The notes under the pieces were generated by a model, which had not been told where the DNA came from, ran no database searches, and saw nothing but the letters and a program-made list of their open reading frames with translations. A stretch of DNA of 64,000 nucleotides from Tubulanus polymorphus (taxonomy: Eukaryota > Animalia > Nemertea), in the NCBI RefSeq assembly GCF_964204645.1, contig NC_134035.1, forward strand, positions 10,324,451 through 10,388,450, given 5' to 3'. Within the stretch, counting starts at the first letter, position 1; each line of letters opens with the position of its first letter. Shown here piece by piece: positions 36,683-47,858 of the stretch. Both the position numbers and the translations under genes were made by a program.

Positions 36683-36904
36683 TTATATAGGAGGAATATA
36701 TTTTTGTTTTTCCAAATAATCAATAGTTAAATTAGATAAAGTAACTGCTAACGTTAATTTCAAAATATCATTTATATCAAATCTATCAACATTAACACTT
36801 CCCATTTTGAATACTTTTTTTAATACCATTGAATAACCAACAGTTCCAACTGATAGTAATGCGCCATTATATAATCCAGTTATTATCCACTTATTATCAC
36901 TCAT
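36683..36904 (-). CDS. 73-aa small hydrophobic protein
   Basis: Intact ORF with T7-N6-TAAATG upstream. Confidence 0.65.
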   Translation of the reverse strand: MSDNKWIITGLYNGALLSVGTVGYSMVLKKVFKMGSVNVDRFDINDILKLTLAVTLSNLTIDYLEKQKYIPPI

Positions 36905-37246
36905 TTATTTATCAAAAAAATTACTATCATCAAAATATTTAGTTATCTTATTTATGATTATTTCAACATTTATTTCATTACTAGTTTTATGATTATCATA
37001 TATTTTGGATAATATGTTTTTAATATCATCAATAATTCCATCTTCATTTAATTCATAATATTCTAAAGGTGATTTAATTAAATCAATTACTTTTTCTATA
37101 TTATACTTTTCTTTATCAATCATTGATGCATTGTTAAATGATTTACTTTTTATATCAGTAATTACATCATTTAGTTTAATTCTCATTTCTTTACCATGTT
37201 TAAAATCAAATCCAAAACATATACTCGGTCCAACTGTTATATTCAT
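36905..37246 (-). CDS. hypothetical protein (113 aa)
   Basis: Intact ORF with T7-N7-TAAATG upstream; abuts the next gene. Confidence 0.6.
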   Translation of the reverse strand: MNITVGPSICFGFDFKHGKEMRIKLNDVITDIKSKSFNNASMIDKEKYNIEKVIDLIKSPLEYYELNEDGIIDDIKNILSKIYDNHKTSNEINVEIIINKITKYFDDSNFFDK

Positions 37247-37263
37247 TTATATAGTGAAAAAAA

Positions 37264-38025
37264 TTACTCTCTACATCTTATAACTAATTCATAAATTACA
37301 GGGAAATTATTTAAATCAATTAAGTATCCATTATGATTTCTAATTTCTAATCTAAAATTATTAAAACGAGGAATGCATGGTTTGAAATCACATTCTGTTA
37401 AATTATAATTTATTTGCGTTCCAAATTCTTTAACATTCTTCAATGGTAAAATGTTTAGTAAACCAGAATTACAAGTTATATCTTTAGTTGCTTCGAATGT
37501 TTTTGTAGGATCGATTAAATTGCAATAAATATAAAAATGTGTGTAAGGTATTAAGTTTGGTGTAGTAGCGTCAATATTTGTAAAAGATCTATCTGGAAGA
37601 ATTCCTAACAGTTTAGCTATAGGTTTTTTTACCATAAATTTATGTTTTTCACTATTAGACAACCTTATCTTTATTCTATCAGAACTCTCACTTTTTAAAA
37701 ATCTAATACTAAACCCAGAACTACTACCTAATTTGTGCCAGGCTTTTCTATTAATTTCTTGTGCTAATGTATCTAAATTATATAACCCCGGTTTTAAATA
37801 TAAATAGACCCATTCATTTTTATTTTTATTAAAAATTAAAAAAGCTCTATGTTCAATAGTTTTATTCGATATATTGTAAAAAGAATTACATAAACTTATA
37901 TTTACTAATTTAAAATCAACACAATTCTTAAATTCTCTATCTAATTGTACTAATAAATTATGAGATTTATAATTTGTAAGTTTTCTAGAATCAACAAATA
38001 TTCTGTATTCTTTTAATTCCACCAT
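37264..38025 (-). CDS. minor capsid (penton, single jelly-roll) protein
   Basis: NSFYNIS, LKPGLYNLDTL, LLGI, FYIYCNLID, FRLEIRNHNGYLIDLNNFPVIYELVI pattern of Polinton minor capsid proteins. Confidence 0.75.
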   Translation of the reverse strand: MVELKEYRIFVDSRKLTNYKSHNLLVQLDREFKNCVDFKLVNISLCNSFYNISNKTIEHRAFLIFNKNKNEWVYLYLKPGLYNLDTLAQEINRKAWHKLGSSSGFSIRFLKSESSDRIKIRLSNSEKHKFMVKKPIAKLLGILPDRSFTNIDATTPNLIPYTHFYIYCNLIDPTKTFEATKDITCNSGLLNILPLKNVKEFGTQINYNLTECDFKPCIPRFNNFRLEIRNHNGYLIDLNNFPVIYELVIRCRE

Positions 38026-38042
38026 TTATTTTACATATTTTC

Positions 38043-38384
38043 TTATTCGAAATCTATTTCATGGTGCCCTTTTTCATTCTTACCTTTATATACGAAATAG
38101 AAATCTCCAGAACATAATTCTTCTAAGTCTTCACTTGATAATCTATGAAATCTATCAGGTAAATATGTTCTGAATTTATGTGTATTTCCTTTTAATCCTT
38201 CATATTCTAAATGAATTACTAATTTATCTCCATATTTATTAGTAATTGTTTCAATGTTAGTAATTAAATATTTCTTGTGAATTGTTAACTCAGTTAGTTT
38301 TTTAAATTTATAATCTACAGATTTAACGCTTGAAGTATCTTTAATTCTATCTAAGAATTCACTGTGTACTTGTTTACTCTCCAT
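38043..38384 (-). CDS. 113-aa protein, possible OB-fold ssDNA-binding protein
   Basis: FKKLTEL...KYLIT...TNKYGDKLVIHL...TYLPDRF...YFVYKG; directly downstream of pPolB; fold is my inference. Confidence 0.5.
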   Translation of the reverse strand: MESKQVHSEFLDRIKDTSSVKSVDYKFKKLTELTIHKKYLITNIETITNKYGDKLVIHLEYEGLKGNTHKFRTYLPDRFHRLSSEDLEELCSGDFYFVYKGKNEKGHHEIDFE

Positions 38385-38412
38385 TTATTATACAAATTTT
38401 TATTGAAATTGA

Positions 38413-41400
38413 TTAACACGTTAGAATCCTTTTCATAATCTCATTTTCTTTTGTTTCTTCTCTTTTGAATTTTATATATTCATCTAAATTGCAACCATAG
38501 GCGACTGTGTGGATTCCATCATCTAAAATATATCTTTTATCATCAAATGGGTTTAGACTTATCTTCTCTATCTCTTCAATATACATTTCATGATCTTCAG
38601 ATCTTAAACATTTCATTTTATGTTTTCTAACTTCTTCTTTAAATATACAATTGATGTAATCTTTAAAATGAATATTCTTTTCAACAACGCTTTTGGTTAT
38701 TCCTTTTAACTTTTTAGCTTCATGTTCTTTAGTTTTATATGAATACATTTTAGATCTAATACCGATGAACTCTATCATTTCTTCACCACCTAATTCATCC
38801 TTAAACTTCCCAGGAACTTTTTTATTATCATTGGTAAACAATTCATGATCTTTAGGATAGTTACTGAAATCAAAATGATGTTTTAATGTTTTTAAATCAT
38901 CAGTTATGTTATCAGTTTTTATCTTTAATATGTAAGAATCTGTATCAAAATATAATATTTCTATATGTTTTTCTCCAAAAAGTGGTTGTAATACATTATA
39001 ATAGAATTCATACATCAATAGCTTTGAAATTTCTAAAACTGCAGCTCCAACATAAATTGGTTTATTAAATTTCATTGATGTTCTCTTCATCTTAACTGCA
39101 GCTAAATTTTCATCAAATATTCTGTTACCTATAAACTTAGGATATGATTGTAAATGCCTTATCCTTTTACCATTACTAACTAACTCAATATCACTTCTAT
39201 TTCTTATGTTTTCACAAGTTTTTCCATAGAACGCATTGTTCATTAGTTTAAAAAAATCCTTCTTTTAAAAATCAGTTTTAGATTTAGTTCTCTGTTTGGT
39301 GTTAAAATCTATATATTTTTCTAACCACTTAGATTGACTAAATGAAATATATCTATGTACTTTTTTTAATATCATTCCTTGTCTCAAATAAAACTTCAAC
39401 ATTCTATAATGTACTACATAATTATATTAATCTTCTTGAGTTACCATTAACTTTTCAGTATGAATATGATTATCGGGTTTAATTCTTTTTTGATAATTTG
39501 ATAATTCTTCATGTTTAACAGTTTTATGTTCGGGACAATATGCTAGATTTCTAGATTTGAATTTAATATTTTCAGGGTATTCTAAATCTACAACAAAGAA
39601 GTAACCAGTATCTGAATCATCTGCAATATCTAGAATTCTTTTCTTCCAATCAAATTTATCAATTTGTAAAACTTCAGTTATTTCAAACATCCCATAAGGT
39701 TGTGGTTCCATCATTGCCCAACCATAAAGATTATTTGCATCTATGTATAATAATTTATATCCAGGATTATCATTTACATTGAAATATCTATCACCTAATA
39801 CACCTGAAACACCTCCTCTTATAGATTTTTCAAATAATAGTAATTGATCTATATTTGTTAACAAATCCATTTTTATATCTGTAAATTTTAAACCACAATC
39901 CCAAGTTAATCCTGGGCTAGAATAACAATGACAAGGATCAATATTAAAATATTTTAGGTTTACATCTCTAAACCTTTCGAATATATCGGTTAATAATAAT
40001 ACATCTGATTTTAAATATAAATCTACTAATTGTCCATGATTTTTAATTTCGAAATGATTCCAAATATTCAATGTTCTATTATAGACTTCATCTTTAACAT
40101 ATTCATTTTTTAATTCATCATAGAATTGTTCTTTCAATAATTCAGTTATTTTAAAATCATTATGATTTTTATAGAAAGAATATGGAATTGCTCCTTTATA
40201 TCTCATTAATTGAAAATCATCATAATTTGGGTAGTGTTGTTTTAATATCTTTAATTCATCATCAACTAATGATTTTGATAAGTTATCTAATGAACTACTT
40301 AAAAATCTATATGAATCTATAAATCTTAGACACCCAAATTGGAATGATATATAATTCTCAGATGTTTTAGCTAACATTCTAAATTTATAAGTTGGTATTT
40401 TATCTTTTGATCTATTTGAATTTAATATTTCTATTTCATTATTGATTTCTTCTATTTTATAACATAGCTGTTTGATAAATAAATGTGCATCATATCCTGA
40501 TAGATTATGAAATATAACTGGTACAAAGTTAATTTTCTTAGCTTGTAAGTTACAATTCTCATGTGCAGCGCCTCTAAACTTTCCATTCAAATGATCATGG
40601 TCTCTTACTTTTTTATCTTTATAATTAAATATCTTTTCACAATAATAACATTTATCTGCAAACTCAAATTCTTCTTTATCTTCTTCTGTCATAATTATTT
40701 CTATATTCTTATTTAACTTTTCATTAAATTTTATTTCATATTCAATTAATAAGTCACAAAAATGATTGATAACATTTTCATTTCTATAATTATAATATTC
40801 ACTTTCAATTAGTTCTGGATAATCAGATTTAATATATAACCCGAAAGCTGCGGCTGATTGATGAATCTTTTTAATTGTATTTGTTATTGGTGGTTCATCT
40901 GAATAATCACTTTCATTAGAATTTAATTTCTTTCTTTTATAATATATATCTTTTCTATCTTTATCTGTTAATTCTTTATTTAATGATTCAAAATCTCCAT
41001 ATATTACAAATGGTACTTTATTTTTGTAATCATATTTTTTGAATTCTAATATTTTATCTTTTTCATTTGGTAAAACTAATTTACAATAATCATGATTATC
41101 ACCTAGTTGTTTATGATTTAATAATGTACTTTCATTACTGAATCTATGTAAACATTTTCTACATAGATATATTTTATGGTGATCATTTTCTGATTTGAAA
41201 AATAAATCGATTTGTTTAATCCACATATAATGATTCTCATAATATAGTATATCTATAACATCATTTGAATCATAATCTTTTGATAGATATAAAGGTTCTA
41301 ATGTATAATGTTTTATGTTGTTACCTTTTGTATTTGGTAATTTGATTAAATCAAATACATTTATCTTTAAATTATTATCTCTTTCTATTTTTGGAATATT

Positions 41401-42444
41401 TTTAATTCTAACAGGATACTTATCTATCTTATAATTATTTTCAAATTGTTTATAATGAGTTAATCTAAAACTATGTGTAATATCTTCTGTTGGATGTAAA
41501 TAACTTATTATAGCCCATATAAAACATTTATTATCAAAATTTTGTATATTTATTACACCATTAGTTTTAAATGGTAATTTAATATAACTTGTTCCATTTA
41601 TACTATCATCTTTATAATATGATAAATTATTTTCATCAATTGGTTTTGATTTAGTTAACTTATCATATTTTGTGTTATAAACATGTAAAGTTATAAATAT
41701 TATCTCATCAAATATTAAACCAGATCCTTCAAAATATTTCTCTTCTATTTTAGTTTTTACTTCATTATAACATTTATTTAATTTATCATCTATATGTTGT
41801 TTAGATATAATATGTTGTGAATGAGAATTTATATTATATATTGGTTTATCTTCAGATTTTATAAACTTTACTTTAACTGATATACTAATTTTAGGATATT
41901 CAACATCTGTAATTATTTTTATTATTTCTTTCATATTTTCTAAATGTTTTTTATTTTCTTCTAATTTTTTTCCTTTATGAAATTTAAACTCGATAGCTGC
42001 TGGACCAATATCACTTTTAAATGCTTCGGTTATCTCTATATCTTTTTTATTATCTAATGAATTAATATAATTTCTTACATCTTCCATGTATGGTCTTTTA
42101 TTGTTTAATTTATTTTTTATTCTTTTAATTGTATTCTGTTTCTTATCGTTATCATTATCAAAATAATCTTCACCTAAAATATCATTATTCTTATTTCTAA
42201 TATGACTTATAGATTTTAAATGTTCTTTATAATATCTTTTATCACTGAATGATTGATTACATGTATCACATTTGTATGTTTCTTTTTCATTCTTTAATTC
42301 TTCTAATTTAGTTTCTAATATATCATCCTTATATTCTAGTTTCAATTTATTCTCTAAATGTGTTCTAGTTTTATTGTGTCTTGCTTTTTGGGATTTATCT
42401 ATATCGATATTACATGTTGGGCAGTAGTACTTATTTGCTTCCAT
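38413..42444 (-). pseudogene. protein-primed family B DNA polymerase (~1343 codons) with N-terminal zinc fingers and an EndoVII-like insert; two in-frame TAA stops
   Basis: ExoI YGDFES, ExoII FHNLSGYD, ExoIII YLKSDV, motif A YIDANNLYGWAM, B KLMNNAFYGK, C YFDTDS, SKMY; insert CYYC...VRDHDHLNGKFRGAAHENCN; stops at 39427-39429 and 39265-39267 with the frame conserved across both. Confidence 0.93.
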
Positions 42445-42792
42445 TTTAATACTATATTTTTTATTTAAATTGATTTTAGAAGTTCAATGATTTAAATGTT
42501 ATTCATATATATATGAATATTTTAAGAGTAATAGGGGTAATGGGCTTTCATATCAAAGGTTGAACGGGCGGGTGAGTAAAAATGAAAAACATAAAAATAA
42601 TTACAATTTCTACTTGAATTAGGAGTGAAACTCATAAAATGAAAAATAAATTCGAGCGTGTGAGAATTTATTTTTCATTTTTATGAGTTTCGCGAGTAAT
42701 TCAAGTAGAAATTGTTATTATTTTTATGTTTTTCATTTTTTACGAGCTCGACCGTTCGACCTTTGGTATGAAAGCCCATTACCCCTATTACT
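42331..42792 (-). repeat. right terminal inverted repeat; 42527-42792 forms an imperfect hairpin
   Basis: Reverse complement of 24823-25286; includes the pPolB upstream region and first 38 codons. Confidence 0.95.
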
Positions 42793-42896
42793 AGTGTGAA
42801 CTTACAGTTAGAAACAAAAAAAAAAACCAAAAACATTATTGGATGTACAATGTTGTAGTCGAGCAAACAGCACTCAATCGTATCATCATCAATACA

Positions 42897-44294
42897 TTAT
42901 TTAGTTTCATTTTTGTCTTTTTGTAATTTCGATTTTAAGAATTTCAGCATTCTGTTCCACGAATATTCCTGAGCTTTAGCATGAAGCGTTTTCTCACCGC
43001 CGTAGGCGACTATGTTTCCCAGGAATTTATGATAGCAATGTAGAGTTACGGGGGCATGCGGTAGTTCAAGTAGATGTCCAGCCCCAGGACACATGAGTAA
43101 CTCATAGTTCTGACGACCGTGTTTGCGGAGACGTTTCACTAAGTTGAACGTACTCTGAGGATGACATATCAAATCGTGCTGACCCACGATAAACAGAAAG
43201 TTAGCCGTATCTGATTTCTCGACTTGAATCAAAGAACGGTTATCATCATCTACGTCACAGTCTGGGTAGATAAAGTTGTCTTTGTAGCAGAAAGGTCTTC
43301 CCTCTGTGATCACAAGGTCTTTCACCAATTTCGTCGGGTAACCAGGTCTAATGTGACCGCCTATCAAAGTCGGCCAAAATAGAGAATGGCTAAACGAGTT
43401 TATAGCGACAACCGCCGTGATATATCTGCATACCTCAGTCATCATAATCGCAATATCTGCTCCTTTTGACACAGCAACCACACCAATTCCATTGAGCGAA
43501 TCAACATCCTGTTGCTCTCGAAGCCAATCGACAGCTTCTATAAAATAGTTCATATCCAGTTGATCAACTTTCGAAGGCAAATCTTCATAGTTGAAATAAG
43601 CTAAGGCTAAACTAGCAATACCACGTGACGCCAGTAATGCGGATCTGTACTCGACGCAGCCTCCGTTGGTACCAAACATATCAATTACGGCTGGAAATGG
43701 GCCGGTACCAACCGGACGAAAAAACGTACCTCTGATTCTACCAGTGCGAATAACTGTGCGTTCGACATCTGCGGATTTGTACCATCTCTTTATATCGGTG
43801 TTTCCTAAAGGAATTAGGGAGGGTTTCTCGTTTAGGATATCTTCAAATGTTACATGATCGGAGAACATTTTCAATTTGATATCTAACGGGGTCGTAACAT
43901 CCTTCTTCATGAAGCGGATACCAGGTCTTTGACCGGGTAGCGGTTCCATACCCCAGAAAAGTCCGTGAGGATGGACACCAACATAGCTACCGCCTACAGA
44001 TGGGTCTCTTGTCAAATCTAATGTTCCATCCGGTCCGGTCACGAAATAACTATATGCACCGAATTTAAATCCACTTTCATGCATTTCTGAATACAGCGTC
44101 ACATTTTCAAGTGGTTTGATATTATCAGCTTCGATTTTAAGGGATGCATCCACCAGGTCGTTATCAGGATAAACGCGCAAACGACAGGTCACTCCTTTTT
44201 CAGCGACATTGTGATAGAATCTGAAAACTAACTTCTCTCCGACAAACCTTTTGAATGAGTTTCGAAGCAATGCACATCTTATAAGTACCGACAT
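42897..44294 (-). CDS. ACOT/BAAT family, copy 4
   Basis: AVSKG, GQHD, GAGH; 465 aa. Confidence 0.93.
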   Translation of the reverse strand: MSVLIRCALLRNSFKRFVGEKLVFRFYHNVAEKGVTCRLRVYPDNDLVDASLKIEADNIKPLENVTLYSEMHESGFKFGAYSYFVTGPDGTLDLTRDPSVGGSYVGVHPHGLFWGMEPLPGQRPGIRFMKKDVTTPLDIKLKMFSDHVTFEDILNEKPSLIPLGNTDIKRWYKSADVERTVIRTGRIRGTFFRPVGTGPFPAVIDMFGTNGGCVEYRSALLASRGIASLALAYFNYEDLPSKVDQLDMNYFIEAVDWLREQQDVDSLNGIGVVAVSKGADIAIMMTEVCRYITAVVAINSFSHSLFWPTLIGGHIRPGYPTKLVKDLVITEGRPFCYKDNFIYPDCDVDDDNRSLIQVEKSDTANFLFIVGQHDLICHPQSTFNLVKRLRKHGRQNYELLMCPGAGHLLELPHAPVTLHCYHKFLGNIVAYGGEKTLHAKAQEYSWNRMLKFLKSKLQKDKNETK

Positions 44295-44611
44295 TGTTAT
44301 GTTCTTGGGAGATGACTACTTCATACACTGGTCAACAGATCAACGTGCTGATGATTTTATACTAGCTCACGACGTTCTTCGTTTCGGATTTGATTTGAGT
44401 TCAGTGGAAAAAACAAGTTATCCGCGGTGTATTTTTCACCACGTCCCGCGATCTGCTGTATGTGTGTACCTCGACTAGCACACGGTGTTATGTAACAATG
44501 TTGTATACCGTACGAGGTCTCAGCCGCATATTTGCCTTTTTATCCAACATGACACGTCATAGTCTGGCCATGCTATTAATAGTTTATCATTTGTGTCAGC
44601 CCCGCGCGGCG

Positions 44612-46982
44612 GCGAATTTTTTTTTCACACCAGGTCCGCCATTTTGTTGTAGCGTTTACAACATGTTCACATGCATCACGTGACTTTTTAATGCCGAAAT
44701 ATCATCTGCTGCATTTTGATGGCCTGTAGTCACACACAAACAGTAATGATATAAATTTTATGAGAGTAAAATCCACACAGATCACATCATCCAAAAAATA
44801 TCTCAGATAATAATTTGATAAAAGAAACTTAAGAAAGAACTGCAAATTGAAGGTTTATTCAATATCAAATGGCATCAGAAACGCATACAAAAATATTACA
44901 AAATTAAATTAATACAAAAATAGCCTTTTAGATGGTTACATTACATTCATTAATATATAGCATAACCCTGCCCCTGTTATCCCTAAAAAATACCCATTTT
45001 GCTAATGTTGGTGAGGATAAAATTTTTTCAACATTTTTAATTAAGTTTGTGTCATGGAAGTCTAATATTTCTTTCAAATTGCCATCAGTACTTATAAGCA
45101 GACCGGTTGGCTATTTCCCTTAAAATGAAGAAAGTTCTGATTGATTTTCAACTGTTTTCCCAAAAATAACATTTCATTTTTGTGTGCTGCAACTCACTGC
45201 TGCAGAGGTGGACGGATACTTTAAAAGATCACCAACTTCAGCAGAATGTTTCTCCACGACAGTGAACTGTCCAAAACTGGTCGGCGGAATACGCAATTGA
45301 CTGATTCTCCTGCGGGAAATATTTTCATATGCTGTGTCAATATCAGGCACCTGTAATAAAGATAATAGCCATAAGAAATATTGTACAAATTTACATATAA
45401 CATCATATACCAATCAACTGACATGACTATCTGAACAGAGTTTTTGTAATTCCCTACTTTTTCCCGGATTCTATCAAATTTTGATCAATTCCCTGACTTT
45501 TCCCAACCGGGAATTCAATTTTTAAATTCCCTACTTTTTCCCGTTTTCCCGGTAAGCTGGGAACCATGCATTAATGGCGGCCAGTCAGCAACAAGAAACT
45601 CGTCCAAGATATTTTATGCCCAGTGCGAAGACAGGAAACCACAAGAGGCCCTCGACAGGGTGTTTGTATGCTGTATTCCAAGGAATTTGGCATATGTAAT
45701 CTGGAAAATATCCCTGTATTCCGTATTCCGATGGCAAAACAAGACAGTTTTCTCTTTGTATTCCAAGAATTTCAGCAAAATCGACAATTTTCAGCTTTTT
45801 ATGCTGTATTCCACTTCAAATTAGTATTCCGTATTCCATGACCCCCTGTAGAGAACCTCACACAAAGGACTTGTGATATAAAATCAACTTACCGTTACTA
45901 TAGCTGAATCCATACTTGTTATCTAAGCATTGTTCACATTATTTAATAACTACATTTTAGTATCACGATAATATTCTTTGCCTAAAATTAAAACAGAGAA
46001 ATTTGGTTGGCATCTTATGTGAATTTGACCAAAACTGTCTGATTTATGAGGTGCCGCACGTTTTTAAATAGGACTCGTTGCGTCTTGGGAGGTTGGTGGA
46101 GCAGGCGTCTGAAGCGCTAGAGTGTAAAGCCTGCGGAGGTGTTCTCTGCAAATTTTGGGAGAAGATCTACACAACTCGGTATTGCGGCTTATCACACTCA
46201 ACACATACACTGTCATGATTTTAGGCCTATATGTTTACAATAGACATTAATTGGCTTCAAAAGTTTAAGTTGCAAATTCTTAATAGAATCTTAATAGTTC
46301 AGATTTCTACCGTCACAGTTTGAGCCTACAAATGAGGGAGCTGTGGTCTGACAGCGGGGGTCTGACACTGACAGGCCAAATTTTGGGCAATTCCGACATT
46401 TCTTATATTCCCAAATAATAGTTTCTCTGATGAAGATAAATTCCTATTAATCATTTCGTCCCCACTAATGACACGTAGCCTAGGACAGTTTACAGCTTTT
46501 GGGTTTTCCAACTTATAAATAAAAAATTGTCACTTAATGGTAATATATAAAGTAGAATGTACATGTATATATACATATTCTTGTATAACGAATAAGTCTA
46601 ATGCTTATGTTGTGTTGTGTTTTATTCTATTTTATATCATTTTATTTTTGTTACAATTGCATTGCATCTACAATCATGTATGATAATAAAGAATTGAATT
46701 GAATTAAAGTCAAAGAAGGAAAAACGTGCCTGTAAAAAGAATGAAACCATTAACTTACTTCGGTTTCCTACTGGTCTGAGACGCGAAGCTGGCAAGTAGT
46801 CAATCATGGTCAATTGGCTGGCGCTAGGCCTCCTACCACAGCTTATATTTAGTCAAGAGTCGACAGTAGATTTTGTCGTTCACATCATGGATTTCTTCAT
46901 GCATTGCGACATGCAGTCCGGAAGCGAAACTGAGTTGGGCATGCGCAGTGGCTATCTGACATGGTGTGAAAAAAAAATTCGC
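44612..46982. mobile_element. non-autonomous TIR element, probably Mutator-like (9-bp TSD)
   Basis: TIR GCGAATTTTTTTTTCACACCA / TGGTGTGAAAAAAAAATTCGC; CGCGCGGCG duplicated at 44603-44611 and 46983-46991; empty site at ~52064 in the paralogous spacer. Confidence 0.85.
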
Positions 46983-47858
46983 CGCGCGGCGCCGTCGCGT
47001 TCTTGATTTGACAATTGGGGAGGAACTCGCAGTGGAACTTACGAAACAATCAAATTCATTTTTAAGCCAAAAACTCCTTTATACCACGGTCACGAGTTCA
47101 AAGTATCACAGAATTACTGGACCGCCCCAGAGTGGATATACGGCATACAAGTTTAACACTACTGGTATTCCGTGTGTAATGACTGTGCCTATGGCACGCG
47201 AGTGATATGTTAGTTCACGTGCTTACCGCCAACCATGTACAGAGCGGCAGCACATAACAGTCACAAAATCAACTGAGCGGTTGAGCGAGAGAAATCACGA
47301 ACGACGAGAGACACGACTTTCACCTTGGAATAATTGTGAAATGATAACCGCAAGTTTTTACTTTGAACTATAAACAGCATGAATGTCAACTCCGATATGT
47401 TCAGTACATTATATATGCGACAAGTTTCGTGGCAGGACAGTATTCATGGCTTTAGAACTCAATAAAGAACATTATTAGTGACTTTCAACGCTGCGGTTTG
47501 CCCCATGTGACATGTGAATCGCGACAACATCGGAAACAATACTTTCCATCTTTGCGACGAGTTCTCATCTCGTCGAAAGAAACATTTTCTTTGCGATTTG
47601 ATGAGTGACTTTAGTGACTTGCTTTGCCTTTCATCAAGAGAAATCAAAAGAGATTTAGCTGACATAATTATTAAGCCACATAAGATTCGTTAGTTTTTTT
47701 ACTACAATATATGAATATAATATATGATACAGACAATTAATTTCTTTTCATGCAGTTTGAGTGTGAACTTTCTGTTAGAAACAAAAAAGCAAAAACATTA
47801 TTGGATGTACAATGTTGTAGTCGAGCAAACAGCACTCAATCGTATCATCATCAATACA

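Larger units (their letters stand above)
24823..42792. mobile_element. Polinton/Maverick-type endogenous virus, 17,970 bp, full length
   Basis: Begins AGTAATAGGGG and ends CCCCTATTACT. 6-bp TSD AGTGTG at 24817-24822 and 42793-42798. Empty paralogous sites carry a single AGTGTG at ~47760, 50256 and 52847. Integrase, ATPase, capsid and pPolB genes; strongly AT-rich and intronless. Confidence 0.97.

Noticed and set aside
35517-39429. Alternative genetic code or programmed readthrough explaining the Polinton stops
   Set aside because: The stops appear to replace different residues (probably Lys, Glu, Trp), TAA and TGA end normal genes in the same element, and frameshifts co-occur.
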